64,000 nt of DNA from Azolla caroliniana (Eukaryota > Plantae > Polypodiophyta), in NCBI GenBank assembly GCA_043228905.1, contig JBHGNT010000002.1, forward strand, positions 14,012,001 to 14,076,000. Direction: 5' to 3'. Below are positions 32,501 through 44,455 of the stretch, piece by piece; position 1 is the first letter of the stretch; every line of letters starts with the position of its first letter. The translations under genes and the position numbers were made by a program. Under the pieces are notes generated by a model, which did no database searches, was not told the origin of the DNA, and saw nothing but the letters and a program-made list of their open reading frames with translations.

Positions 32501-32865
32501 ATATTAAATGATATTACACACACAAAACTACCTAGGACAACTTGAATGGGTTCTGATTCTTCTACAATATTCCCGGAAGCAATGGGACGACCATCAATGA
32601 CTACTACAGATGCGGGACAAGGAAGCTTTCTTAAGGATATCTGAGAAGCTTGGGCAAAATTTTGATCCATGAAACAGGAATTAGCTCCGGAATCTAAAAG
32701 TGCTAGGACGGGTACTAGGGGAGTACTTTTAGTACTAACAATGACTTGGGCTAGGAACACATTGCTAACTTGCTTGAAAGGAATGGAACCACTAATGGGT
32801 TGTACAGATCTAGGGCTGCTGTCCAACCAAACGGCTCCTATTTTGGCTGGACTCAATCGTTTAAC
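29529..32865 (-). pseudogene. Element I pol (PR LLDSGA, RT YLDD, RH, INT, truncated chromodomain)
   Basis: ORF pieces 31255-32856, 30693-31289 and 29529-30230, with frameshifts, a ~110-bp duplication (30449-30687) and deletion of the GPY/F-chromodomain segment. Confidence 0.9.
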
Positions 32866-34010
32866 TCTTCATCTAATTGACTAAGGATTTCAAATTTATT
32901 TGAGATACTTGGGCTATTAGTACTATGAATACTATCAAACACTCTATTAGTACTATTAATATTATCAGACACTCCTAAGGGAAGAATTGATTCGGGTTTA
33001 GTACAGGCTACAATTTGATTTACCTGTCTTCTTGGCCTATGGGGACAATTGATTGCGATATGCCCTGGTCCACCGCAATAAAGACATAATCGATTTGCAC
33101 ATCGTCGTTGCTTTTCTTCTTCCGATAACGGGCCGCATCGACGCATGGTATCGATCTCCATCGGTGTCGAAGTATTTTCTTGAGGAATGTCTCGTGCAAA
33201 TGGTCTAGCCGCGACTGCGGCGTAGGTGGGCTCTGGCCTAGCGAGTGGTATCTGTAATTGACGTTCCGAACGCCGTTCGAAGAGGCGGTTGTCACATCGG
33301 ACCGCTCGACTGATTGCCTCCGTATGAGACTTTGGTTCTTCGGGGAAGGTTAGAAGTAGATCTTTGACATCATTTCGTAGGCCATAGCGAAACTGCTCCA
33401 TTAGTGCTTGATCATCCTAGGGTATGTCAGAAGCGAGTAGGCGGAAATCCGCCGCATAGGCAGAGGCTGGACGATCGCCTTGACGCAATCGCTGGATATT
33501 GTTGATCGTCGTCCTGATGCTGTCGGTGTCTCCAAAGCAGGCTTTGAACTCACTAATAAAATCTTCAAAGTTATTAAGCAAGGGCGATTGTTTTTCTAGA
33601 AGTGGAGTGAACCATGCTAAGGCTGAGCCGCTAAGCAACGTGCCTATTAAGCCGACTCGGGATGCATCAGTGGGGTATCGGGAAGGATGCATTTGGAGGA
33701 CTAATCGTACCTGATTAAGGAATTCCTTGAATTGCGATCGCGTTCCATCAAATTTCACAGGAAGTTCAATCTTCGGCTCTTTATGAAATCCTTGGGGACT
33801 TGATCCTTGTTGTTGCAATGCCGCTTCGAGTTGTTGCACCCGTAACGCTAAATCCCCATGTTGTTGCTGCATTTGTTGCTTTTCTAGAGCGATTTGTTGC
33901 AGATCCCCTATCAGCCATTGGTTTTCTTGTTCCAGGGCAACAAACTTTTCTTTTAGGCACTGTAACTCGTAGAAAACGGATTGATATTCTTGGGCGCTAA
34001 CAGTAGCCAT
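32853..34010 (-). pseudogene. Element I gag (one internal stop)
   Basis: PVKFDGTRSQFKEFLNQV...LLSGSALAWF, QFRYGL, PMEID, CLYCGGPGHIAINC. Confidence 0.88.
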
Positions 34011-34511
34011 AGTAGAGGGAAAAGGATAGGAGGATGAGGGAGAACGACAAGTAGGCTGGAGGAAAGAGGAGGCAAATTGGTTCAAACTGTCATGAGTAGT
34101 ACTAAAGCAGAGATGGAATTAGTACTAAGAAGAGTAGTACTATTAGTACTAAGAGGACGGGACTGCGTAAGATTCCCGAGAGAGAGGAAGGGAGAAGAGG
34201 AGAGAGAGAAATAGGATGATGACAGCAGCTCTTATATTATATGAAAAATAAGTACAAATCGGCTAAGAGGCTTAAGACTGGTGTTGAACCAATTTGGTTC
34301 AAAACAATGCCTTGTGCCTCCTTTTATAGTGTTTTTAGGAATAATCCTGAAGCTTCTAGAATGTTCCAGAGAGATCTGGAATATACATCAATTTTCTATG
34401 ATAAAACATAAATGAAAATAATATCCTATAAAATACAATTCATAGTCTAATGGTAAGAGCTCGACCCATGTAGCATACGGTCATGGGTTCGAGTCTGTCC
34501 ATATCATGACA

Positions 34512-36797
34512 CATGCCATTCTTGGACGACATCCCGATAAAGGGGTGTCCGGTGGAAGATGCGGACGAGACTGTCTCATATCCAGATAGATGCCGGAGGT
34601 TCATCGTGAACCACATCTACGACTGCGAGAAGGTGCTGCAGAGGCTCGAGAGTGCACGACTCACCTTCTTCAGAGAAAAATCGGCGTTCGGGCAGTCGGA
34701 GGTCTTGGTGGTCGGACACCATCTCCGGCAAAGGTAGAAGCCATCTCTGCAATGAAGGACGACTGCAGGTCGGTTACGGAGGTCTGCAAATTCTTGGGGG
34801 CGTGCACATCTGGATTCCGCTCTATGGGCTATTGAAGAAAGGGCGTAGGTTCGAGTGGAGGACAGAGCACACGGAGTCGGTCCGGAGGATGAAGGAGGCG
34901 CTTGCTGCGGCATCGGCTCTCCGAAAAGCGGTTTTCGGCAAGGAAGTTCCCATTTGCGTGACGGTGGACACGAGCCCAACCGGGATCGGGTGGGTAATCA
35001 GTCTGGAGGACAAGGATGGCGTACGATTCCCGATCCAGTTTGGGGCGAAGGTATTGAGCGAGCGGCAGCGAGGATACGCCCAAGTTAAGCGTGAGCTTTG
35101 GGGTATCGTTTCAGCAGTCAAGGCCGACAAGGACTATCTGATCGGGACGGAGGTGATCATCGAGACAAACTGCCTGCCGATACTCGGCATGGTTTCCGGA
35201 AGCGCGACGCTAGATCTAGCAATGCTCCGGTGGATAGCGTACATTAAGTCCCTGAACCCGGAGATACGGCACATCTCCGGAAAAGATAACGTCATGGCCG
35301 ACATGCTTTTGAGAGCGAGGTTCAACGACGAAGACGGCATGGTTTCAGATGACGAAGAAGTCGGCGAGGACTTCTTCGGGTCGGCTAACGTGACGACGAG
35401 GAAAGGGGGCACTCTAGCGCTTAACGAATTCGACGAAAGCAGGTACGACGGGGAGTGGCACCAAATCGGGAGGTTCCTATGGGCGATGACGTCGGACGTA
35501 GCGTGGACGAGAGAAGAGGCAAGCCCGGTACGGAAGAAGGCGTACCAATTCTTCCTACGGGACGGGTGCATATGGAGCACCCAAAGAAAAGAAACGGCAT
35601 CCCGCTCCGAGTAGTGGCAAAGAAAGAAGAACAGGAGGAACTACTGGCGGCATTTCACGAGAGTCCCTGGGCCGGGCACCGCGGAACGTGGGTCACATTT
35701 GAGATGCTGAAAGAGAAGTACTGGTGGCTGGGGCTGTATCGGGACGTGCATCGGTTCATAATGACTTGCGAAAGCTGTCAAATGCACTTCGTAGTCCGAC
35801 ACCAGGACGAGCTACACCTGACCTACCCGCCTACGGTCCATTTCAAGTGGATGGTGGACTTGGTGACGATGCCGATGGGAGTAGGACAGATGCGATACCT
35901 GGTGCTTGCGCAAGAAGACTTAACGAACTAGGTGGAAGGCCGCGCACTGCAGAACAAGACAACCGCGGCGGTATGCCGGTTCCTGATTGAAGAGGTAGTA
36001 TGTCAGTACGGGTGCGTCGGGAGGATCATGGCGAACCGGGGAGAGCTGGATGCGAGGAAAGTTGAGGAGTTGTTCGACCGGCTAGGGGTCAAACTCTCCC
36101 TCACTACGGCGTACAATCCAGAGGCGAACAGGAAGGTAGAACGTGGGCACGGGCCGATCGTAAAGGCGTTGGTGTGTGCATGCAGAGGGCAGGTCAGGAA
36201 TTGGCCGCGACTCCTTCCTTACGCACTATGGGCGGACCGAATTACACACAGTTCGGTGACAGGGTTTATGTCGGCAAAGCTGATGTATGGACAGAAGCCG
36301 ATCATGCCGGTGGAATGAATGGTTTCTTCGTGGGCGGTGGTAGATTGGAAGGACGAGATGAGCCGGGAGGAGTTGCTGGCGGCGCGGATTTGGCAACTCG
36401 AGTGGAGGCCGGAGGACATGAAACGGGCGAAGGAAAAGTTGTGGGCGGCAAGGGAGCGGAACAAGACCCGGTTCAACCGGACGCACCGGTTGCGACCAAA
36501 GAAGATCGAGGAAGGCGACTGGGTCTTGGTGTACGTCAGCAGCCTCGACAATCAGCACAAGGCGGTGCAAAAGTTCGCAAGGAGATGGTTCGGACCCTAC
36601 ATGGTGACGAGCACAAACAACAACGGCACTACCACCTCGCGGAACTCGACGGGACACGGTTAGCGGTACTGGTGGCCAGGAAGCGGATCAAAGCGTTCAA
36701 GAAGCGGTTCGAGGACGAGCCGGACCCGGAGGGCGTGGACGAGAGCGACGACAACGATCAATTCGGGCCCGGCAAAGAATCGGAGAGCGCCAAGTGA
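34512..36797 (+). pseudogene. Element C pol 3' part (RT FLDD, RH, INT)
   Basis: MPFLDDIPIKG, VDTSPTGIGW, YAQVKRELWG, TTAYNPEANRKVERGH, RWFGPY. Confidence 0.88.
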
Positions 36798-36866
36798 AGC
36801 CGATTTTCTTCGGTATCTACCCATCTCTGGCACATGCCGGTGGATGCGCGCTTTGGTGGGGGTAGA

Positions 36867-37453
36867 TGTCGTGAAGAAAACCGGCCATAGGCACAATCGG
36901 AGAAAAAGGCACATGAACCGGCTCTTACATGGGTGGACGCGAGAATTAATATTTTGTACATAATTCATCATTATGTCAGCTGATGTAAATACTAGGTAGT
37001 ACGCATTTATTAGGGAACTTTTGTGTATCGTTGTCGAAAGGGACAGGGAATAAAGCAATTTGACTAGGGAAGAAGGGTCTCCCCCTTTTTGGTCAAACTA
37101 TCTAAGGAGGGAGAGAAGGGAGAAAAGGGCATCGCGCATTAGCGAGGATGGTGTGCTGCAAGACTGAGTGTCGAGCTCTCTCTCCTCCTCCGACCGTCAT
37201 TCTCTGTGGGTGCTGGGAGTTCGACGCCTCTGCTTCGTGGGTAGCCCGTGCGCTGCCAGTAGAGGCTCTCCCTTCTACGTTTTTCTGGGTCTAGTGTGTT
37301 CCGTTTGTGTGCGTGAGTAGGGTCCCCGTGTCGGGTCCATTGCTGGCTTGCCGGTTGTAACCGTCAAAGTTTGTAATCTCTTGATATTGTAATCGACTGT
37401 TATTGTAATTAAGTGTTCCGTTCTTTCTCTCTCCTTCTCGCTTCTGCGTATCT

Positions 37454-37518
<65 letters not shown>

Positions 37519-37580
37519 CCCTCGGTTCAAGGCCCCCGTGGTCCCGCCCCTTCTACACGCACGTGCGTAACAACGCGACA
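36867..37580 (+). repeat. 3' LTR of element C
   Basis: tgtcgtgaag...cgcgaca; matches 25312-25782; contains (CT)n. Confidence 0.92.
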
Positions 37581-38770
37581 ACGTGTAACACACTCATTAG
37601 TTTCCCTTTCTACTCGACATGGCTCAAGGGAACTTCACCGACATTCACGATCGGATGCAGAGTGTCATCTCTGGTTGCGACTACTCCTGGTTGCATCGGT
37701 TTTTCCAGGTACGAGAACCACTCCTTGTGGCACGTCATGTGGTTTGACACGCCGGAGTCGATGTACCACACCTCGTTTGACTTCGGGGTGTTCTTCTTCA
37801 TCAAGTTTGCTTCGTGTCTCATCACGAAGACTGACCATTTTTCGGCTCCTTCGGCGTAGTGCGATCGCTACCAATTACCCTTGTCGGTCTATTCGAAACC
37901 TGATCCGGACCTAGTTCTCTCCAAATCGGCGCGCTTTTTCTGGCACTCACTCTCCCTCTAGCCATTCTTGCCACAATACCAGCATTCCTTCATGGATTTC
38001 CCTTGCCGGTTCTCATCGCCTCGTCTCCCCCGGTTTCTGGAGTGCCCGGAGTTGTTGTGAGCATCACTTCGGTGCCTTCTTCCTTGGTCCCGTCGGCCGC
38101 CTCCATTACGCACCGACTCACCGCATCCGCCACGACCACGAGGCCTATCTCCCTCCGTGTACAACATCTTGATGTCGGCATGCGTGCTCGTCAACGCACC
38201 CACGTGGTTCTCCTCTATAAGGAGCATCGACTGTAAGTCGAAAAACGACGGTGTATTCTCCCGTGTACACACAACCGTTCAGAATGCTCCGACCTTCAAC
38301 ACCAGTCCCTCGAGACAGATCTGCACCATCTCGCCTTCCTCGATGTTTACATCGATGGAGGCTAAAGAGTCACATATATCTTTGATCTTTGAGGTGTAAT
38401 CGGCCACCGACAAGTCGCGTTGTCGTAGGTTGCTCAGCTCCTGTCAGAGTTGAAGCTTCCTGGCTATAGTGCTTCCGGCGAAAATCTTCTTCAGATTTCC
38501 CCAAGCATCCTTCGGCGTTTTCACATCCCAAATGTAGCTTAGGAGCTGTTTGCCCACACAAGACGTGAAGCAGTATAGTACTCTGCTCGCCGATTGTTCC
38601 CACGCTGGGAAATCTCTGTATGTCGATTCGGGTGTTGTATAATATGCTCCGTCGATATAGCTCCAGTAACCGTGCCCGAGTAGGTACTGGTACATCTTGT
38701 AGGACCAAGATGTGTAGTTGTTTCTGTCGAGCTTCTTCGTCGGAAGCGAGCTAGCCATGCCTCTATCCAT
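37581..38770 (-). pseudogene. Copia E gag and protease remnant
   Basis: KLDRNNYTSWSYKM, CWYCGKNG, WYIDSGVSNHMT. Confidence 0.88.
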
Positions 38771-38854
38771 CGGTTTTACCTGTTCTTCTTGGTTGGTTTT
38801 TCTTTTCAAGCTATGTCGGTTGCCGAGGTTCTCAACCCTCGCGCTTTGATACCA

Positions 38855-39237
38855 TGTAAAAAGAATAGCGTGTGGAAGCAAGTAGAAAACCGAACACCGA
38901 GAATATGCAGGTTTAATGGAGAGCTTGTATATGCACAGTACGCGGGAGAGACAGAGAGAATACACAAAGAACTAAATTCAAAATAATACTCAATCTCTAT
39001 ACATAGGATGTGCTAAGCGAGCACTTTTATACAAGTCCATAAGAACTGACAGATGTACTGACACGAAATATATTCCTACGCGAAATACCTTCCCAACGGC
39101 CTCGCGGTTTATGCACCGATACGGTTTCTCGTTGCGCACCGGTTTACGCACCGGTCTAGCCTAACCGATCGATCCCAACCGATCCGGTTCTCGGCTTGCA
39201 CAGCCGATCCGACCAATGTTGAGCTTGTATCTCAACA
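38855..39237 (-). repeat. 5' LTR of Copia E
   Basis: Repeat of 11814-12247 with internal deletions; followed by an iMet PBS. Confidence 0.93.
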
Positions 39238-40105
39238 ACTATGAAGAGATAGAACGAGCAAAATTGGCTCTGAATAGTGTTCAGACAACTTATCAGACTC
39301 AATTTTTGGAATATGGGGTGCAAGCACAGGCAACCGCGGGCCTGATAAAGAAATTAAAGGAGGAAAAGCGGGCCGTAGAGGATAAATCCAAGCTGGGGCT
39401 CAACTGGATCCGCGATATTGTGCTAGCATGGAAAGCAAGGACAAAGAGAATGATTGATGAAACCTCAGTGCAATGGTGGTCAAAATGGGCACAACAGGCT
39501 GCGGAATTACAAACTCTACAAGTAGATGCTGAGAACCGGAGAAAAGACGGTGACAACTTCTATAAGATGGATGCGGAGAGTATTGTAACCATCCGGGAAG
39601 AGTTGTCGAACTATTTTTTGTCCATGACAGGAGAACAATTGGCGGCTGTAAGACGGTTGCTAGAACAGTTAGATGATGACCAGCTCGGAACTCAACTCCA
39701 ATTCGAGCGATTTAAACAGGAGCCCAGACCGCAAGAGGCATCATGAAGGATGGCGGCGATCAACATAAGTGATGGAGAGCAATCTCCAGAGTAGCCACCG
39801 AATCCAGCTGAAACCGGAGGAATGTAGCCTGATGAAGCCAGAATGGTTCAACCGAGAGAGACCATACTAGAACAGCCAGAATGGTTCAACCGGGAGAAGT
39901 CGAACGGGAGCAACTAGAAGCAGAAAGAGCAAAGGTGAGAGCAGATGAAGCCGGAGAAGATGCAACTGCCGAAACATGAAGGCAGCAGCCATAGCAACAA
40001 GAGCCGGAGCAGCCATACCATCATGAGCCAGAGCAAGAGCGGCAAAGTGAGGAACCCCTCGAACCTTTTGAGCAGAGAATTCTAGACATACTTGATGAAG
40101 AATAG
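39238..40105 (+). pseudogene. Element A extra ORF, 3' part
   Basis: WAQQAAELQTLQVDAENRRKDGDNFYKMDAESIVTIREELS and terminal EQRILDILDEE* match F (ERSLLDNLEED*). Confidence 0.88.
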
Positions 40106-40116
40106 TGGAGCTAACC

Positions 40117-40157
40117 TGTGGGTTCGACGTACAATGTACTGTCCCACGGGTGTGCCA
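40117..40157 (+). promoter_or_regulatory. tRNA-Arg 3'-half-like sequence ending CCA at the PPT position of A
   Basis: TGTGGGTTCGA-CGTACAATGTACT-GTCCCACGGGTGTGCCA-TC-LTR. Confidence 0.7.
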
Positions 40158-40159
40158 TC

Positions 40160-40588
40160 TGTTGGCCAGTGGCAGCCAAGTATAGAAGGAGGAATAAGTG
40201 AGCTAGTTCCTAGAAATATAACTAAATAACTAAGAATTATGTTAGGAATAGATGGATCCGGAAGAGGTATGCCGACTCATAGCTGTTGCCGGTTAGGCAC
40301 CGTTTTGTAGCACAGACCGGATGCTTATAAAAGGATTCGGACATCATTGTATGAATGACAGAACATTAATATAAGAGCGTTTTATTATTGTCTATCTGAT
40401 CTTTATTTCATCCTGTGTTTAATGTATTGATCTTGCGTGTATAACAATGTGTGTTTTGAATTGGATCTCCACCGGACATTAACCGGTTGAAGCCTATCGG
40501 AGTCGGAAATCCTTACTGCAACCACCCCTTTGGTGAAGTGATCCGGAAGGGCACCCTGTGTTAGTGGCTAGTCCGTCCCAGGAGTAAC
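40160..40588 (+). repeat. 3' LTR of element A
   Basis: Starts tgttggcc as the F LTR does; its 3' half matches 1-231. Confidence 0.88.
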
Positions 40589-40959
40589 TATTGAAATAGT
40601 CTACAACCTTTCTCTCTATGATAGTAGTCTCCTTACTTCCATTCTTAGTGGTATTTAGACCTATATCGCAACCAATGTTATCCTTACCTTTAGTGAATGT
40701 GACTTTCGTATCCTTCAACAATTGACGATGTTTCCTTTTTTTTTCTTCCCAATACTTTCGTATCGCTTGTTGTGTCCTGATAGCATCATCTCTATCCTAA
40801 TGGTCCATGAGGGGTATTGGTAAACACCCTCCTTCCCCTTCCATTTGGCTTGACATATTCATTAGTAAATTTTCACAAAAAAGGACACGTAGCTAGTTAC
40901 CAAACCACATGCAAACCGGTTATTCACAAGAGCAATCCCACCATTGGTAAGTTTATGTT

Positions 40960-41472
40960 TGTTGCCGCGGAGTGAAAGTTACTGAACCACCATCGGGTGT
41001 TACCGTACGAGATGTACAGGTGATTGATAAGTGAGGGTGAAAGATGTAATGTATGTGTAATCTTATACGATTATGAGTGTGAATGTAAGTGTGAGTGTGG
41101 TGGATACAAAGAGGTGTGAGCGAGTGACTAGGTGTGAATGCCCAAGAGGCTTGCACCCTTGTGTATCTACCCTTTTGTACCTATTTAACCCCTTATGGGG
41201 ACTGAATGAATACAATGATCATTTTCCCCCTCAATCTCTCTCTTGTCATTTCTCTCTCTCTTCCCTCCCCCTTAACGTTGAACCCCCTTGGGAGGGGGGT
41301 GGAGCCATTCTAGGCACCACCCCCCCACCCCACAATGTTTCTCAATGCTTGTCATCTCTCTCACCATCAATCCCATAACGCTCATCATCCTCATCAAACA
41401 CACCATCTCCATCACCAATCAGCATTACCATTTAGCCTAACCCTAAAACGTACAACACTATTTGGCGACCAC
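40960..41472 (+). mobile_element. Element G: probable 5' LTR (40960-41457) plus tRNA-Arg PBS, truncated
   Basis: tgttg...tacaaca followed by ctatttggcgaccac, the same LTR-end/PBS string as F; no second LTR or gag seen. Confidence 0.55.
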
Positions 41473-42565
41473 TAAGGCGACCCCCCTTTCGAGATGGAGT
41501 CAACGAATAATCTGCGGCAGTATGATGTGCGAGAGGAACTCACAGTATGCGGTAGAAGTATTTGTGAGAGAGCAAGAAATCAAACCGACAATGTACAAGA
41601 AATGTGTGAGAAATGATGAAAATGGTAGATTGATGATGTCTCCGAGCATTATCATCATTTTTGGTCTTTGGATAATCACTACTCCTATAACCCTAACCCC
41701 ATTTTCTATTCTTGTTTTCCTAACTCTAACTCCTCTCCCATTCCGTGCACTAGATACCCTAGCCCTAGTTTCTCCTACACCCATGGGCCTTATAAGTTTA
41801 GCCCAAACTCTTCGTGTACTAACCCTAAGTGCGTGGCCCCTATACTAACCCTGATACAGAGCGACCGAAGAACAGTCGTAGTGGTTGAACGGTGCTGGAA
41901 CGGAGACGGCCAGACCGGTCGACGCCAAACAACGACGAAGATGGAAACGTCCGGACAACAGTTCGAGCAGTCGAATAGGCCGGAGAGTGACTAGACAGGA
42001 GCAACCGGAGCGGCCGAAGTGGCCGGAGAGCGATCAAAATGGCCGGTCAACGGCTGAAGAGTAGTTGGACAATAGTCGAAGCAACCAGAAATGGCCGGAA
42101 TGACATTCGACGACGGATCGTCGACGAGAGTAGCAACAGCTGGCAAATGACCAAAAATAGCCGGTAAGAACGGTCTGACGGACGAAAACGGACCGGATCA
42201 AATAGACGGACCAGATGGAGTAGGAGACACAAACAGACAGTGCTAGACGAGGATGAACTGATAGACGACAATGACCGATACCGAGCTTCAAAGAGAAAGA
42301 GATTGAAAGCATATGTGCAGCTTGCCAATTCGGCAAGCAACATCGGCACCCGTTTCCAAAGGAGAGGAATGCGAGTAAAGGCAATACTCGATGTAATTCA
42401 TTCTGATGTATGGGGACCAAGTCAAACGGTTACATTCGGCGGATGCTGATACTTCGTGGCCTTCATCGACGATTTTTTCAGACATACCTAGATCTACCCC
42501 ATTTGGCTCCATTGCATACGTGCACATCCCCGACAAGAAGCGACAAAAGCTTGACCCAAAGTCAG

Positions 42566-42976
42566 TGTTACTCCTAAGGGCGGAACAATAGCCTAACACA
42601 GGGTGTCTACGGAAGACACTTCACCAAAGGGTGTTACGGTGAGATAGAGTTAGACCGACAATTAATCAAACCTATATCTGTTACTTAAGCAACATATCAT
42701 GAAATTTCTTAATACACGCGTAAGATAGGAAGTAATTAGCACAGAACATCAATACACAGAGATAAGACACTAGAGCTTTTATTAATTATCCATCTTTATT
42801 TACAATGTAATCGGGGCTTTTTATAGATCACCGGATCTACATACAAAACGGTGCCAACCAGCACACTTATATGAACCGGTCCGGCTCCAGATCGGCATAC
42901 CAATTCCGGTCCATCCGTTCACTTCTCAAAATATACTTAATTACTTAATATCCTAATAACAGCTTCCGATTATACA
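42566..42976 (-). mobile_element. Solo LTR of the A/F family group inserted in H integrase
   Basis: The reverse complement resembles the A LTR end (ccctttggtgaagtg...gacaccctgtgttag...ggagtaaca); splits LDPKS|EKC; TSD gtcag/atcgg, both one change from gtcgg. Confidence 0.8.
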
Positions 42977-44455
42977 ATCGGAGAAATGTATCCTTGTAGG
43001 ATATTCACTTGAGCAAATGGGGTACAAGTGCTATAACCCCTCGACCCAGAAGGTTCATGTGAATCGAGATGTAGTCTTCAACGAATGGGCATCATGGTAT
43101 GAACCCGAGCCAACTCTTCCCGAATCATTTCTAGTCGACCCGGAATCCGCCGAACAAGATATAGAAGATGGAGATCGACTCGAACACATGTTCGAAGAAA
43201 GTCTAATTACGACAAGGCGTAGTGGGTCACAAGAGCCCTCAAGCACCCAAAGCACATCCTGGCCTACTCCGATAATGGACAAAGGCAAGGCAAAAATGTT
43301 GGAATATGAAGATGATCACTTGGATGGCAATGAATCGACTCACTCCCTCGACAGTGAGTTTGGTGGCTTCGATGTACCTATCATGAGGACACATGGCGTA
43401 AAGAAAGCCATTGTCACAGCAAACGAAAAACTCTATCGCTCCACCCGTGAGAAGAATCCTATTAGCCGATTCGGCTACAACGATTATATGGCATACCACT
43501 ATGCCTTTATGATGAAGGTGGCGATAGTTCGAGAACTGGAAAGTTTTTCGAAAGCAACCAAGGATCCACGATGGGTCAAAGCAATGAATGAGGAGATACA
43601 ACCACTATACAAGAATGACACATGGGATCTCATTCCCCACTCACCGCACAAGAAGGAAATCGGTTGCAGATGGATTATAAGGTGAAGTATAATGCCCAAG
43701 GCTCCTTCAACCACTACAAAGCTCGCCTTGTAACGAAAGGATACGCATAGACACATGGAATCGACTGCGAAGAGACATTTGCCCCGGTGGCAAAGATGAT
43801 GACTTTGCGGACTGTGATCGCACTCGCAACAGCGAAAGGGTGGCATGTCCACCAGATGGATGTCAATAACACCTTTCTTCAAGGAGAATTAGAAGAGGTG
43901 CCATGGTACAACCACCTGGCTTCGAATCTAGCATTCATCCAAAAGTTGTCTGCCAACTCAAGAAGCCTCTCTACGGCCTTAAGCAAGCATTGTGTGCTTA
44001 GCATTCAAAGATAACACAATATCTTCATCAAATCAGCTTTCGAATGTTGAAATCCAACAACTCCCTCCACGTATGAAACGACTCTAGAAGCCTGATTGTC
44101 ATCATCCTATACGTGGATGATCTGGTTATTGGAACTGAGCATTTAGTCGACATCAACAAGGTGAAGTCCCTCCTCTCCAACAAATTCGAGATGATAGACA
44201 TGAAGGAGCTCTATTACTTCCTTGGCATCGAGGTAATTCAGACTCCAGCTGACATTATGATCTCTCAACGGCACTACATCGTCAACTTATTATACAATTT
44301 CGGGATGAGTGAGTGCAAATTTATGGCAACCCCTCTCGATCGAAACCTCAAACTGGATGTTGACTTGAGCACGGAAGAGTGCGAGCCGACTCAGTATCAA
44401 CAACTAATCGGGAGTCTCATCTACCTCACGATCACTCGACCCGACCTAAGCTATC

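Larger units (their letters stand above)
29095..34511 (-). mobile_element. Element I: Tcn1/Tf1-sushi-type chromovirus, degenerate
   Basis: LTRs 29095-29517 and 34088-34511 (tgtca...tgaca), TSD catgt/catgc, PPT aagggggagatag, PEG10/sushi-like gag, Tf2-like pol, chromodomain tail EHVANAQDLLADFH. Confidence 0.93.
25312..37580 (+). mobile_element. Element C: fungal-like non-chromovirus Ty3/Gypsy (tRNA-Trp PBS), degenerate, interrupted by I
   Basis: 5'-truncated LTR 25312-25782, 3' LTR 36867-37580, PBS tagtgaacccgatgtgaa at 25787, PPT ggtgggggtaga. Left TSD lost in a deletion that also removed part of E. Confidence 0.9.
11814..39237 (-). mobile_element. Element E: Ty1/Copia, degenerate, host of F, C and I
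   Basis: LTRs 11814-12247 and 38855-39237, perfect TSD actat (11809-11813 / 39238-39242), PBS TGGTATCAAAGC (iMet) 38843-38854, PPT agcttgagggggag; gag-PR-INT-RT-RH order. Confidence 0.95.
1..40588 (+). mobile_element. Element A: old, internally deleted Ty3/Gypsy (Athila/Tat-group, same family group as F); outermost member of the nest
   Basis: LTR end at 1-231 matches 40360-40588 (roughly 10% diverged by eye). Gag, integrase and extra-ORF fragments are collinear with intact element F and are interrupted by B, D and E. Confidence 0.85.

Noticed and set aside
39826-39870. Second CTGATGA hammerhead core
   Set aside because: No GAAA after the hairpin and no stems I/III; lies in decayed coding repeats.
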